A DNA stretch of 64,000 nucleotides, taken from IMG/VR virus record IMGVR_UViG_3300027969_000042, positions 64,001 through 128,000 of that record. One strand, given 5' to 3'. The first letter of the stretch is position 1; every line of letters starts with the position of its first letter. A program made the position numbers and the translations under genes. The notes below the pieces were generated by a model that was given only the letters and a program-made list of their open reading frames with translations, did not search any database and was not told the DNA's origin. This DNA comes from a virus. Positions 17,979 through 28,640 of this stretch are shown piece by piece.

Positions 17979-20528
17979 TTATGAACCACAAGCTAAACAA
18001 TCATCAGGATTGTCTAACGAACAACTGATTTCTGCCATTTGGTCTTCAACAGATTTCACTTCTTCTTGAGTTGTGAATTTAACTGCATCACCTGCTGCTT
18101 TATTTCTTAGATAGTAAATACCTGTTTTTAATGAAGCTTTTTTCTCTCTATAGAATCTAGCTTTACCAGCTTTATCATAGATTACTTCTGTATTTTCTCC
18201 TTGTGGGATAATTTCAACACCATGTTCATCTTTCATAAGAGCTCTTCTTCCCCATCCGTAAAAGTGCATTGCTGTCAATTTTGCGAAGTTTGGTGAATCC
18301 ATAAAGATATTCATAGATTGAGTTTGATCAATAAATGCTCCTCTTTCTGCTGCCATATCAATTACATCTCTTTGTTTAATCTCATAAACAGTTTTAAAGA
18401 TTTCTTTTACATTAGTAGGTACTTCAGGGATATTCTGAACTGAACCATTCTCTGCAATAATTTTTCTTCTAATGTTATCTGACCAGATACCTAATTTAAC
18501 TAATTCTTTTACAAGGTATTTGTTTACAATGATAAAAGTACCAGATAAAACACCTCTTGTGTACATATTTGAAGTTTGTGCTTCACAACTTGCTTCGTTT
18601 CCTAAGATAGATGCAGTTGATGCAGTTGGCATAATACAAGTAGTTAAAGAATTTCTAACACCATATTTTTTAATATCTTCTCTTAATTTATCCCAATCCC
18701 ATCTTTTTGTTGGTTTTGCACCCCATAAATCAAATTGGAATTTTCCCTCTGATATTGGAGATCCTTTAAATGTTGGATAAGCGCCTTCTACTTTAGCTAA
18801 ATCACAAGAAGCTTTAATCGAAGCATAATAAATAGTTTCAAAAATTTCTTTGTTTAATGATTTCGCTTCATCAGAATCATAAGTAATTCCTAATAAAAAG
18901 AATACATCTGCCAATCCTTGAACTCCTAAACCAATTGGTCTATGTAATAAGTTTGAGAATCTAGCTGCTTCTGATGGATAAAAATTTACATCAATAACCT
19001 TATTCAAGTTTACAGTAGCTTGATAAGCAACATCATATAATTTATTATGATTATAAGTTTTGTTTTTATTTACAAATTTAGGAAGTGCAATAGAAGCTAA
19101 GTTACAAACAGCAGTTTCATTTACAGATTCTTCACCATAGAATGAACCTAATCCTAAACTTTCAAGTAATTCTTTATTTTGAAGAATTTCTTTTTGTACT
19201 TTAGTAATTCCAGTGGCTTCAACAATTTCTGCACACAAATTAGAACTTCTAACTACACCAATGTTTGATTGGTTAGACTTCTCATTGATAGAATCTTTAT
19301 ATAAAATATAAGGTGTTCCTGTTTCAATTTGAGATTCTAAGATTTTATTCCAAACCTCTCTTGCTTTTATTACTTTTTTAAATCGTCCTTCTGATTCATA
19401 ACTAATGTATAAGTCTCTAAATTCTTGGCCATAAGTTTCAGTTAAACCAGGACACTCGTGTGGACACATTAAAGACCAATCTTCATCTAAGTCAACTCTT
19501 TCCATAAATAAGTCATTAGTCCACATAGCCAAGAATAAATCTCTTGCTCTGATTTCATCTTTACCTTGGTTTTTTCTTAAATCTAGGAAATCCATAATAT
19601 CTGCATGCCAAGGTTCCATATAAATTGCTATTGAACCTTTTCTTTTTCCACCACCTTGATCTACCGCTCTTGCAGTTTCATTGAAGATTTTTAAGAAAGG
19701 AATAATACCATTTGAAGTACCATTAGTTCCGGCAATATAAGTACCTTTAGCTCTTACTTTTGTAAAAGAAATACCAATACCACCTGCATTTTTAGAAATT
19801 TGTGCAGACTCTTTTAGTGTATTGAAGATACCTTCGATAGAATCTGATTCTGTATCAAGTAAGAAACAAGATGATAATTGTGGTCTTGTTGTTCCAGAGT
19901 TGAATAATGTTGGTGTAGCGTGTGTATAATAACCTTCTGAAAGTAAGTTATAAGTATCGATAACACCTTGTATGTCTTCACCACATACTTGTAGTGCTGT
20001 TCTCATATACATATATTGAGGTCTTTCGGCAACTTTACCGTCAAGTTTCAATAGATATGATTTTTCTAATGTTTTGAATCCAAAGTAATCAAAATTATGA
20101 TCTCTGGAGTGTACAATTGCAGAATCTAATTCATCTGCGTGTTTTTTTACAATATCACGGAAAGTTTTAGAAACAATCGGTGAATGTTTTCTAGTTTTTG
20201 GATCTATGTATTTGTATAAATCAGAAACCGTTTCTGAAAAACTCTTTTTAGTTTCTTTGTGTAATGCCGTAATTGCTAATCTAGCCGCTAATGTTGAATA
20301 GTCAGGGTGTTTTGTTGTAAGAGATGCCGCAGTCTCCATTGCTAGAGAATCTAAAACAGAAGTTTGAATATCTGGCATAATACCTTCAATTACTTTTTGG
20401 GCAACTTCAAATGGTACAATCCATTTCTGGTCTAGTCCATAAGTTTGTTGTGTGATTCTATCTAAGATTTTGTCTAACATGACTGGCTCTTTCTTACCAT
20501 TTCTTTTCATTACTTTTATCATGCTCAT
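17979..20528 (-). CDS. nrdA: Ribonucleotide reductase class Ia alpha subunit with ATP cone
   Basis: N-terminal ATP cone (VMKRNG), ATPTLFN, QLSSCFL, SNLCAE, MPTASTA, GIYYLR and C-terminal CLACGS. Confidence 0.97.
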   Translation of the reverse strand: MSMIKVMKRNGKKEPVMLDKILDRITQQTYGLDQKWIVPFEVAQKVIEGIMPDIQTSVLDSLAMETAASLTTKHPDYSTLAARLAITALHKETKKSFSETVSDLYKYIDPKTRKHSPIVSKTFRDIVKKHADELDSAIVHSRDHNFDYFGFKTLEKSYLLKLDGKVAERPQYMYMRTALQVCGEDIQGVIDTYNLLSEGYYTHATPTLFNSGTTRPQLSSCFLLDTESDSIEGIFNTLKESAQISKNAGGIGISFTKVRAKGTYIAGTNGTSNGIIPFLKIFNETARAVDQGGGKRKGSIAIYMEPWHADIMDFLDLRKNQGKDEIRARDLFLAMWTNDLFMERVDLDEDWSLMCPHECPGLTETYGQEFRDLYISYESEGRFKKVIKAREVWNKILESQIETGTPYILYKDSINEKSNQSNIGVVRSSNLCAEIVEATGITKVQKEILQNKELLESLGLGSFYGEESVNETAVCNLASIALPKFVNKNKTYNHNKLYDVAYQATVNLNKVIDVNFYPSEAARFSNLLHRPIGLGVQGLADVFFLLGITYDSDEAKSLNKEIFETIYYASIKASCDLAKVEGAYPTFKGSPISEGKFQFDLWGAKPTKRWDWDKLREDIKKYGVRNSLTTCIMPTASTASILGNEASCEAQTSNMYTRGVLSGTFIIVNKYLVKELVKLGIWSDNIRRKIIAENGSVQNIPEVPTNVKEIFKTVYEIKQRDVIDMAAERGAFIDQTQSMNIFMDSPNFAKLTAMHFYGWGRRALMKDEHGVEIIPQGENTEVIYDKAGKARFYREKKASLKTGIYYLRNKAAGDAVKFTTQEEVKSVEDQMAEISCSLDNPDDCLACGS

Positions 20529-20574
20529 TTTTAATTTTTTGTTTTTTATATATTGAAATACTTTTTAATCTAAA

Positions 20575-20606
20575 AAAATCAATATTCTTTTTTTTATTGG
20601 TTTTTT
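20575..20606. terminator. Intrinsic terminator
   Basis: AAAAAATCCAATA...TATTGGTTTTTT. Confidence 0.6.
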
Positions 20607-20628
20607 ATAATTGATAAAAAAATATTTT

Positions 20629-21597
20629 TTATAAAAAATCTATGTTGTTTAGTTTGTTTAAATTATACTTAAACTTTGTATTATTTAAAATTTTAGAGAT
20701 TTGTTTAATATTTACTTGATAAATATTTTCGTAAGAATCTACTTTAAAAGTATTATTCTCATAGTCTGTCTCCATTACTACTCCAGTTATAATCTTCTCT
20801 TCTTCTGTGATTGGATCATCCCAGATAAATTCAATTTCTGTTCCTTCGTAGATATTTCTATTTGTAATATCTTTTGAATTGATATTTTTTCCTATATGGT
20901 CTTGTAATTCATTTATAATTAAATTACGCCATTTATTATCTAACAGTTTAAACATATTAAATAAATTATCAGAAAAGTAAACTGATAATTCGTTGAATAG
21001 TTCAACATTTGTAAAACTTTCATCTTTTAGATGAACTTTTAGTAAAGAGTAATAATTATTAAAATCTACTCTTGATGGTTTTCTTCTATTATTCAGAAAA
21101 CTAATTGATGTATGTTCTCCTAATACAAAATAAACTCTTTCTTTAACTAATTTTGTTCTAATGTATATCTCATTATCTATTGATTCGAAATGATAATTAG
21201 AACCTTTGTCTACTTCAATGGTTTCTCTATAATAACCAGAAAATAAATCTGATGTATCATCTTCATCTACTGCTTCTTCTTTCTTACCTTTAAAGATAGA
21301 ATCATATTTTAATGAGTGTTTTCCTTCTATCTTATGTTTAGATAAAACAATATCTTCTTCATCTGATTCTGGAGACTTTTCAACTTCTGGTATTATATCT
21401 AGATTCAAATCATCCTCATCTATTTCAATGATAATATCTAAATCTTCATCATCACCAAAATCTAAACCAGAGTCACCTGAATCATCAGAATCATCATCAA
21501 ACTCTTCCATAGATGGTCCTTCAAAGTTATCATCGTCGTTATCATCATTAAAGTCATTTTCGAAGTCGTCATCTTCATCGACAATTTTATTTGCCAT
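20629..21597 (-). CDS. Hypothetical protein with a highly acidic N-terminus
   Basis: First 80 aa are Asp/Glu-rich; lies next to the replicative helicase. Confidence 0.55.
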   Translation of the reverse strand: MANKIVDEDDDFENDFNDDNDDDNFEGPSMEEFDDDSDDSGDSGLDFGDDEDLDIIIEIDEDDLNLDIIPEVEKSPESDEEDIVLSKHKIEGKHSLKYDSIFKGKKEEAVDEDDTSDLFSGYYRETIEVDKGSNYHFESIDNEIYIRTKLVKERVYFVLGEHTSISFLNNRRKPSRVDFNNYYSLLKVHLKDESFTNVELFNELSVYFSDNLFNMFKLLDNKWRNLIINELQDHIGKNINSKDITNRNIYEGTEIEFIWDDPITEEEKIITGVVMETDYENNTFKVDSYENIYQVNIKQISKILNNTKFKYNLNKLNNIDFL

Positions 21598-21638
21598 AGC
21601 TTTTTATTTTTTTTATATACAAAATATAATTTTGTTGT

Positions 21639-22967
21639 TTAACTATCCAAAAACTGATCGTTCTCTAAAGTTAAGTAGGTTGAGTTCAGGTTTAGTCTAA
21701 TTTGTGATTTTAAGAAATCACCGTCTCTTTGTTTCAGTAACTTAAATCTATACAAGTTCTGTCTTTTCATTTCTTCTGTACGAATAATTGCAAAAAATGT
21801 ATCTGCAGTTTCTGCAATTGCTTTTGATTCGGGTACACTTTCTAATGTAATATCTGCAGAGTTCCAAGCGTCTTTTGCTACTTGAACTCCTGTTATCACA
21901 GGACACTTATATTTGGCTCCTATTGCTCTTAATCCTTCAGATAGAACTTTACCTTTCGAGTATAAGTTATCTGTTCCTGAACCTTTAGGTGCAGCGACAA
22001 GAGTAATATAGTCAACTATAACTAAGTCAATTTTAATTCCTTTTTTCTCCTTAAGTTTTTGAATGTAATTATCAAAGTCTGCGACAGTTGCTGTTCCGGC
22101 TGCCCAGAATTTAGCATATATCTTACCAACTTTCCTATCAAAAATATCACCACCATCGGTTTTACTTAAACCAGCGATTCTTTTTTTGATTAGATCAATA
22201 TCTTTTGATACAACATCATAATCATTTATAGGTATTTTTAAACGCATAGCACCTAAACGTTTCATTACTTTTCTTTCACTCATTTCAAGTGTAATATAAA
22301 GTACATTGTGTCCCATATCAGCAGATTTAACTGCAAAGTTTTGCATCCATAATGATTTACCATTATTGGTTTCTGCCATGATTACATTAAAAGTTCCAAT
22401 ATCCCATCCACCACCTAACATATGGTCAATAGTTGGGAAACCACAACTAACTTTAAACTTAGAACTATCTTGTACGTGACTTTCGGCATCGTCAAAATCA
22501 ACACCCATATCGTCATCGTCAACAAAATTAGTAGAAGACATTTCATCTACTATTGCTTTGATACGTCCGGCTGCTTCAACTGCTTTTTCAAAGTCAGAGA
22601 TAGAGTCAAGATTTCTGGTTTCATCGATAATATCGATAGTTCCTGTTTTTAAACGATTGGCTAATATCCAAGCGTTAAATTTCGGTTCGATGAAGTTTTT
22701 TTCATCGTACTCTTTAAGATCTACTTGTAAAATTGATTTTAAAATTTCTTTCGTGATAACACCTTCTTTGTCTTCGAGAGCAACCATATCTAATATCTGT
22801 CTGGGAGTAGGTGTTCCAGTATCACTATTAGTTAACATATAAGTTCTTATAACTCCGTAAACAAATTGAATTTCAGAATTTCTAAAAAAGAAAGTTTTCA
22901 CTACATCGAAATACTTCTTATTGCTTAAAATGTAATTGAAGAATACCTTCTCTAGTTGTGGTGTCAT
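21639..22967 (-). CDS. Replicative DnaB-like helicase (T4 gp41-like)
   Basis: Walker A AETNNGKS, YITLEMSE, IVDYITL, TGVQ, KLLKQRDG. Confidence 0.9.
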   Translation of the reverse strand: MTPQLEKVFFNYILSNKKYFDVVKTFFFRNSEIQFVYGVIRTYMLTNSDTGTPTPRQILDMVALEDKEGVITKEILKSILQVDLKEYDEKNFIEPKFNAWILANRLKTGTIDIIDETRNLDSISDFEKAVEAAGRIKAIVDEMSSTNFVDDDDMGVDFDDAESHVQDSSKFKVSCGFPTIDHMLGGGWDIGTFNVIMAETNNGKSLWMQNFAVKSADMGHNVLYITLEMSERKVMKRLGAMRLKIPINDYDVVSKDIDLIKKRIAGLSKTDGGDIFDRKVGKIYAKFWAAGTATVADFDNYIQKLKEKKGIKIDLVIVDYITLVAAPKGSGTDNLYSKGKVLSEGLRAIGAKYKCPVITGVQVAKDAWNSADITLESVPESKAIAETADTFFAIIRTEEMKRQNLYRFKLLKQRDGDFLKSQIRLNLNSTYLTLENDQFLDS

Positions 22968-23021
22968 TAATTTGATTAATTTTATTATTATAGTAAATCT
23001 TACGTTTAAGTTTGCTATAAA

Positions 23022-23804
23022 TTACTGTTCATTAATCATTTCACCATCTGTTGGTTTAAGAGTAAAGTCCGATACCTTCTTTATAACAGTGGTATCGACT
23101 TCATCAACTATTTCTTTTTTATCTTTTGGACTAATTTTATCTTTAAGTCTGTCAATAATATTAATTATTCCATTCTTTGCAATTAAAGTTCCAACACCCA
23201 TTGTTAAAGCGGCAAAGTTTTCAAGGAAAGTATCTACATTTAAGTCATATTTTCCTATTACATAAAGAATTCCATTCATTATAGGTATCAAAATTGCAGT
23301 ATAAGCAAACATATCAATAAAATTTTTTGCAACTGCACTTAAATGTTTTCCAATTATTGTAAAAATACTAGTAATAGACTTAAATAGTTTGACAACTTTC
23401 TTAACAATTCCATTCCCGATACCCATCATTTTTAATTCTTCTAACATAGATTTAGAATCTTTTGTTAAAATCTCTTCTTCTTGACCATCTTTGAATTTCT
23501 TCTCTTCTAAATATACTATAGTAAAAGCACATATTGTAAGAAGTACTACTTTATCAGCTGTAATGTCAATAGAACTAATTTTCATATTAGTCATTAGTTT
23601 ATCAACTATTGGATAAAGAGCTTTGATACCAGTACCAAATGTTAAAGATAAATTTCCATTTAATCTTAAATCACTTATTACTCTTTTTTGAACTTTTTTA
23701 TACTCTGTTTCGTCAGATTCGGTAATTAAACCATCAAATGAATTGATAAAATCCAACGCCATTGAATCTTGAAGTGAGTATTGTTGAAATTTCTGTATTT
23801 TCAT
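23022..23804 (-). CDS. Putative membrane-associated protein (tagged)
   Basis: MKIQKFQQY...LITES; hydrophobic segments VVLLTICAFTIVYL, FAYTAILIPIMNGILYVIG and FAALTMGVGTLIA. Confidence 0.5.
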   Translation of the reverse strand: MKIQKFQQYSLQDSMALDFINSFDGLITESDETEYKKVQKRVISDLRLNGNLSLTFGTGIKALYPIVDKLMTNMKISSIDITADKVVLLTICAFTIVYLEEKKFKDGQEEEILTKDSKSMLEELKMMGIGNGIVKKVVKLFKSITSIFTIIGKHLSAVAKNFIDMFAYTAILIPIMNGILYVIGKYDLNVDTFLENFAALTMGVGTLIAKNGIINIIDRLKDKISPKDKKEIVDEVDTTVIKKVSDFTLKPTDGEMINEQ

Positions 23805-23888
23805 ATCATATATATTAAAAAATAATTATAAAAACGAGAAAAGTGATATAAATATTTAATATATAATTAAAAATAGATTTAAAATAAT

Positions 23889-24476
23889 ATGAAACACATT
23901 AAAAAATTTGAGAACTTTAGTTTTGAAGAAGAGGAAAAGTTCGGTAGATTCGCACAAGAACGTGAAAGTGACACGGTTAAATTTGGCGAAGAAGGTAACG
24001 AATTCAACGATGAAGACTTTGATGATCAAAATTGTGAGTTTTGTAACTGTGCACCATGTAATTGTGAAGATGCACAAGAAGAAGAAGAAACTAATGAATT
24101 AGGTGAAGAAGAAGATGACTATGGTCAATCTGATGAGGAAGCTGACGAAGAAGATGATCAAGAAGAACACAGAATCAGAAGATGGGGAGATGAAGAAATC
24201 GTTGAAAAGAAAAAAGTAAACGCAGGTTTTCAAGCTTACTTAGATAAACAAAAAGCTAAAAGTAAAGGTAAAGAAGACGATAAAAAAGGTGGAAAAGGTA
24301 AACCAGATTTCTTAGATTTAGATAAAGATGGTGATAAAAAAGAAACTATGAAAAAAGCTGCTAAAGATGCCAAAGAAGATGATGATAAAGGTACTGCTAA
24401 AAAAGGTTTAACTGCAGGACAGAAAAAACTTCCTGAGGCAATGCAAAAAGCTATTCTTAAAAAACAAGGTAAATAG
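23889..24476 (+). CDS. Acidic/basic low-complexity protein, putative prohead core-like (tagged)
   Basis: MKHIKKFENFSFEE; acidic N-terminal half, Lys-rich C-terminal half with KPDFLDLDKDGD; TATAAATA and TTTAATATATA upstream. Confidence 0.5.
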   Translation: MKHIKKFENFSFEEEEKFGRFAQERESDTVKFGEEGNEFNDEDFDDQNCEFCNCAPCNCEDAQEEEETNELGEEEDDYGQSDEEADEEDDQEEHRIRRWGDEEIVEKKKVNAGFQAYLDKQKAKSKGKEDDKKGGKGKPDFLDLDKDGDKKETMKKAAKDAKEDDDKGTAKKGLTAGQKKLPEAMQKAILKKQGK

Positions 24477-24488
24477 TAAAATATCAAT

Positions 24489-24519
24489 AAAAAAAAAGAC
24501 CCAATTGGGTCTTTTTTTT
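24489..24519. terminator. Bidirectional intrinsic terminator
   Basis: AAAAAAAGACCC-AATT-GGGTCTTTTTTT. Confidence 0.85.
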
Positions 24520-26185
24520 ATGTAGTGACTTTGATGTTTACTTTCTTAATTGCTTCTTGAATCCAATTAGGTAAGAAATGAGAACTATGTTTCATCACAT
24601 CCCCAAATGAACCATCCAGAATAATAGTATCTGCATAATCCGTATCGGAACGAACTGAACGACCAGTCATTTGGATAAATCCAGAAACTGTTTTCCATGC
24701 ATACCAATCAGGATTATTACTTTGCCTCATTTTGTTTTTTTGAGATGCCAAACTTGGATAAGGAACTTTGGCAATAATCTGAAATCTAGCCAAATCATCA
24801 TCCAATGAAACTCCCGTATCCATACTTGGACTTACAAGAACGGTGGGTTTATCAGTTTCACAGTGTCTTTTCAGAACTTCATCTTTATTAGTAGAATCAT
24901 GAAATACAAATCTTTTATCTTTTATACCTTTTTGAATCCAATTTGATAATTCAAACGAGTTTGTATGTATAATTCCTTTTTGACCGGCATACTTATTCAT
25001 AATCTTCTTTATGTAAGGAACATACTTTTGAAAAGTTTCTTCTTTATTCTTATAGGACATTTTACCAATTGGCATATAAATAATTGGTCGATTCTTTGCA
25101 GGAAATGGTGATTCAATTGAGTGATAAGCGGCTTTAGTAACATCTAATCCATTTAACTGACAGAATAAATTCTTATCTAAAATAGTACCAGACATCATAA
25201 ATACCATATCATAGTGAGAAAAAACATATTTATCTAAATAATCATATGCCCAGATAGGTTCTAATGAAAGTTCTTTCTGTCTTAATTTTTCATTATAACT
25301 AGATTCCAATACCCAGTTATTTGGATTTGCCTTATATTCAGTTAAAAATAATTCAATCTTCATCTGATATTGTTTCAAATCAGTAACTAACTGCATTAGT
25401 TTAACATCACTGTTTTTACCGTTTAAAACTTTGTTGATTTTTAGATCTCTTTTATCTTGAACTACATCTCTCTCAGATTTAGACATACCTTTCTCCATTT
25501 GTTCCATAGTGGTAACTACTTCATTATTGAAATAACGTAGAAAATCTACATAAGTACTAATAGAAGTAACTGCTTTTAATCTAGCAATCAAATCATTCTC
25601 ATTAGAGAAACTAAATCGTTTGATTACTAATTCAGTTATTTTTATAGAGATAAATGAACTCATTACATCGTCAAAGTCGTGTGCTTCATCAACAATTAAA
25701 ACTCTTGCATCTCTAGCTTCCATTAGTTTTTGATTATACATTGCATAAAGAATATAAAGATAGAAGTTAGTTAAAGAAACTCCACTACTAATATAACCCT
25801 CTCTTGCAGAAGAATAAGGACAAACCTCACAAGATGTTTTATTAAGTCTATTAAATTCAGAACCTTGTGCACAAGAACATGCATAAGACGAACATTCATA
25901 GTTTTCTTTACCTTTTAAATCTGCGATAGATTCATAAGTACTTGAATACTGATCTTGTAGAATTTTTGAGTTAGTAATTATATCAACTCTTGCCATTTTA
26001 TTCTTATTCTTTTTATACCAATCTGCTATCATTAAAGCAAGATGGCTTTTACCAACACCGACTGGCATATCTAATAAGAAGAATTTGGTAGTAGGATCTT
26101 TTTTGAATTGTTGGTCAATAAAATCTATTGCTTCTTGTTGTTGTTTTCGAGGACTATATTTTGAAAGATCTTTCTTTAATGACAT
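24518..26185 (-). CDS. DinG/XPD-family SF2 helicase
   Basis: MPVGVGKS, Cys cluster (C..Y.C.C.........C..CPY, possible Fe-S site), DEAH, MSGT, QMTGRSVRS, ILDGSF. Confidence 0.88.
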   Translation of the reverse strand: MSLKKDLSKYSPRKQQQEAIDFIDQQFKKDPTTKFFLLDMPVGVGKSHLALMIADWYKKNKNKMARVDIITNSKILQDQYSSTYESIADLKGKENYECSSYACSCAQGSEFNRLNKTSCEVCPYSSAREGYISSGVSLTNFYLYILYAMYNQKLMEARDARVLIVDEAHDFDDVMSSFISIKITELVIKRFSFSNENDLIARLKAVTSISTYVDFLRYFNNEVVTTMEQMEKGMSKSERDVVQDKRDLKINKVLNGKNSDVKLMQLVTDLKQYQMKIELFLTEYKANPNNWVLESSYNEKLRQKELSLEPIWAYDYLDKYVFSHYDMVFMMSGTILDKNLFCQLNGLDVTKAAYHSIESPFPAKNRPIIYMPIGKMSYKNKEETFQKYVPYIKKIMNKYAGQKGIIHTNSFELSNWIQKGIKDKRFVFHDSTNKDEVLKRHCETDKPTVLVSPSMDTGVSLDDDLARFQIIAKVPYPSLASQKNKMRQSNNPDWYAWKTVSGFIQMTGRSVRSDTDYADTIILDGSFGDVMKHSSHFLPNWIQEAIKKVNIKVTT

Positions 26186-26334
26186 ATTTTAGTTGATATT
26201 TTTGTTACGTTTTATATGATATAAAAGGTAATTGTTTAAAAAATGAATTTTTTTAAATTTATTTTAGTTTTTTATTAGAAAACAAGGTTTTTTATAATTT
26301 TTATATGATATATAGATTAAACTACCACATTTTT

Positions 26335-26511
26335 ATGGAACATATCTTACACCACGATGAATTCTCTGTTTATACAACAACAGATGAGATTTTTAATTTT
26401 ATTGACGAATTATTAGAAAATGGACTTTCAAATGAGTTTGAAATATATGATCTTTGTATTGAAAAATTCGGACAATATTTTACCCAACATCTTGATTCAC
26501 TAAAAGAATAA
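26335..26511 (+). CDS. Small acidic hypothetical protein
   Basis: ORF track 26305; ATG 26335 preferred because it follows a TATATA element; terminator follows. Confidence 0.5.
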   Translation: MEHILHHDEFSVYTTTDEIFNFIDELLENGLSNEFEIYDLCIEKFGQYFTQHLDSLKE

Positions 26512-26535
26512 AACCCTCAACTGCGAGGGTTTTTT
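26508..26535. terminator. Bidirectional intrinsic terminator
   Basis: AAAACCCTC-AACTGC-GAGGGTTTTTT. Confidence 0.85.
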
Positions 26536-26536
26536 A

Positions 26537-28063
26537 TTATAATTCTGATTCAAGTTCTTTTATTTCATCCATTACTGCTTTCAGTTCATCTTTCTTATTC
26601 ATCATAATTTTCTTATTGAACTTTCTATCTGCATAAACATCTTCCAACATTCTTAATGTTGGTGATAATCTTTTCTCAAATACTACACCATTTACACATA
26701 CAACATGTTTTTCTAAGTCAATAGGTCTTCCATTATCACAGAATCCTTTATCTTTCTCATTCTGAAGTCCAACAAACGTTTCTGGTGCAATAAAGAATTG
26801 TCTTTGTGTTGTAGGATATAGTGAAGCAAAGTCATAAATAACCACCCATCTATTCATTCCTACTATAGGGTCTTTAACCCATCCACCAGCAATTGTTGAA
26901 TCACCATCACCTCTGTCTTCTTTGAAAAGAACAATGTTATCCATTTCTCTAAAACGGTTTCTCAAAACACCTTCTGTAATTGCAAGTGAGCCTAAAGCAT
27001 TATTCATTTGAGATACTACATCGACAATTCTAATTTTTGCCAATGATGAAATCGCATAAATAATAGAGATATAATTTCTCGACTCATGTATTTTTTGTAC
27101 AAGTACAGAATCGACTGCGTTATAATACATAAATGTTTCAAAATCATCCTCATAAAGTTTTTGTAATGAACCATTATATTTAATCTTCTCAACTCCAACT
27201 AGTTTATTTGCGACAAAGTCTAATGAAGATGATTCTTTTACTTTAATAGAGGTATCACATATCTCATATAATTGCATATAATCAAAAATCATTCTATGTG
27301 CAGGAACTTCATAATCAGTACCCCACATTTTATTGATTCTTTTTAATGGTGATGAAACCGCTGGATCAATTTTATATTCTTTACCGTTTGCCCATTTAGA
27401 AATCTTTCTACTTCTGTTTACTAAATATAACCAGTCATACTGTAAGAAGTTCCAACCGGTCAAAATTGGCATCTTTGGTATCATATTATTGAAGAAAGCA
27501 TAAAGCATATCAAATTCATCATCATATTTAACATATTTGAATTTATATTCTGTACCAAATTTTTTAAAGTATTTATTTGTGTTATCACAAATTCTATTTT
27601 GCATATCTTCTGGCATATCTTTTAAGCCAAGAAGTATGATTTTATCATCATATACAATAGATATAGAAAGAACTTGTGTACAAGCACCTTCTTTTGTAAC
27701 ATTTCCATCTGCATCTTTAATATCTGCGGCTTCTGGGAATCCATCAACGATTTCTGTTTCAATATCTATAAAGAATATCTTTGGTAAGTTAAATTCAAAG
27801 ATTTCTGTTTTTTCTTTTTCTGGAAGTGAATCTAAGAATTCATAGATAGCGTATCTATCTGGATGATTTACTTCAATTTGTTTTACCGATTTTCCGTCCC
27901 AAGACTTAAATTCGGCATGTTTTTGTGGATCTGTATCTTCACAAGATACATATTTCATTGGAGTGTCCCAATTGTAATACTTCAGCTTTATATCGCCCGA
28001 TTTATCTACGTAGCTTACTACTAATTTCTTTGTATTTGTTAAGTATTGTGTTTCTACTAGCAT
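26537..28063 (-). CDS. Family B DNA polymerase, N-terminal part (3'-5' exonuclease + motif A only)
   Basis: ExoI DIETE, ExoII GWNFLQYD, ExoIII YNAVD, AGGWV and motif A DFASLYP; ends before KxxxNSxYG and YGDTDS. Confidence 0.88.
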   Translation of the reverse strand: MLVETQYLTNTKKLVVSYVDKSGDIKLKYYNWDTPMKYVSCEDTDPQKHAEFKSWDGKSVKQIEVNHPDRYAIYEFLDSLPEKEKTEIFEFNLPKIFFIDIETEIVDGFPEAADIKDADGNVTKEGACTQVLSISIVYDDKIILLGLKDMPEDMQNRICDNTNKYFKKFGTEYKFKYVKYDDEFDMLYAFFNNMIPKMPILTGWNFLQYDWLYLVNRSRKISKWANGKEYKIDPAVSSPLKRINKMWGTDYEVPAHRMIFDYMQLYEICDTSIKVKESSSLDFVANKLVGVEKIKYNGSLQKLYEDDFETFMYYNAVDSVLVQKIHESRNYISIIYAISSLAKIRIVDVVSQMNNALGSLAITEGVLRNRFREMDNIVLFKEDRGDGDSTIAGGWVKDPIVGMNRWVVIYDFASLYPTTQRQFFIAPETFVGLQNEKDKGFCDNGRPIDLEKHVVCVNGVVFEKRLSPTLRMLEDVYADRKFNKKIMMNKKDELKAVMDEIKELESEL

Positions 28064-28120
28064 TTTATTTCCGTCTATTTTTTATTTTATATATCTTTTT
28101 ATGAAAAAAGTTATGATTAG

Positions 28121-28151
28121 TTTGGTACTTAAATTATTTTTTGTATATTTG
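28121..28151 (+). promoter_or_regulatory. Bacteroidota sigma-A type promoter
   Basis: TTTG (28121-28124), 19-nt spacer, TATATTTG (28144-28151). Confidence 0.7.
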
Positions 28152-28172
28152 TAAAACAAACAAATAGATAAT

Positions 28173-28598
28173 ATGAACAAAATTTACTTCTTAAAAATAG
28201 TTAGTGAGAATATTGAAGAATTTGATATAAATAGTACTGATAATCATCCTATATATGAAGATTTATCAAATTGTTTAGATAAAGATGATGTAGAATATTT
28301 AGGATTTACAAAAGATGATGATATTTTTGTTAGATTGCCGGACTATAAAGTAGATAAAATAACTGCGGTTTTATCTAAATATTTTGAATTCACAAAAACT
28401 GATGTAACGGATAAAATTATTTCTGGTGATATAGAAAAAGAATATCCGGAAGTTAAAGAAGTTACTCCTAAGTTATTTATTGATTTTAGATTAGATAATA
28501 CATCAGTAGATGACATATTAGATAAAATTATCGAAAGTGGAATTGACTCATTAGATAAAATAGATAAAACCATATTAAAAAAGTCTCAATCTAAATAG
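28173..28598 (+). CDS. Hypothetical (likely early) protein
   Basis: Host-type promoter upstream; C-terminal VDDILDKIIESGIDSL helix motif. Confidence 0.6.
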   Translation: MNKIYFLKIVSENIEEFDINSTDNHPIYEDLSNCLDKDDVEYLGFTKDDDIFVRLPDYKVDKITAVLSKYFEFTKTDVTDKIISGDIEKEYPEVKEVTPKLFIDFRLDNTSVDDILDKIIESGIDSLDKIDKTILKKSQSK

Positions 28599-28613
28599 AT
28601 GTGAGACTTTTTT
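28577..28613. terminator. Bidirectional intrinsic terminator
   Basis: AAAAAGTCTCA...TGAGACTTTTTT. Confidence 0.75.
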
Positions 28614-28640
28614 AATTCATTTATAAAGTAAGAAGAATTA

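Noticed and set aside
17979-20528. Two short insertions in NrdA (TGITKVQKEIL...EESVN and ALMKDEHG...REKKAS) as inteins or introns
   Set aside because: Each is only about 30-40 aa, in frame, and lacks intein Cys/His-Asn termini or intron structure; they are probably surface loops.
26537-28063. Polymerase as a frameshifted pseudogene
   Set aside because: All motifs present are intact and no continuation exists in any frame, because a terminator and an opposite-strand gene follow; a split gene fits better.
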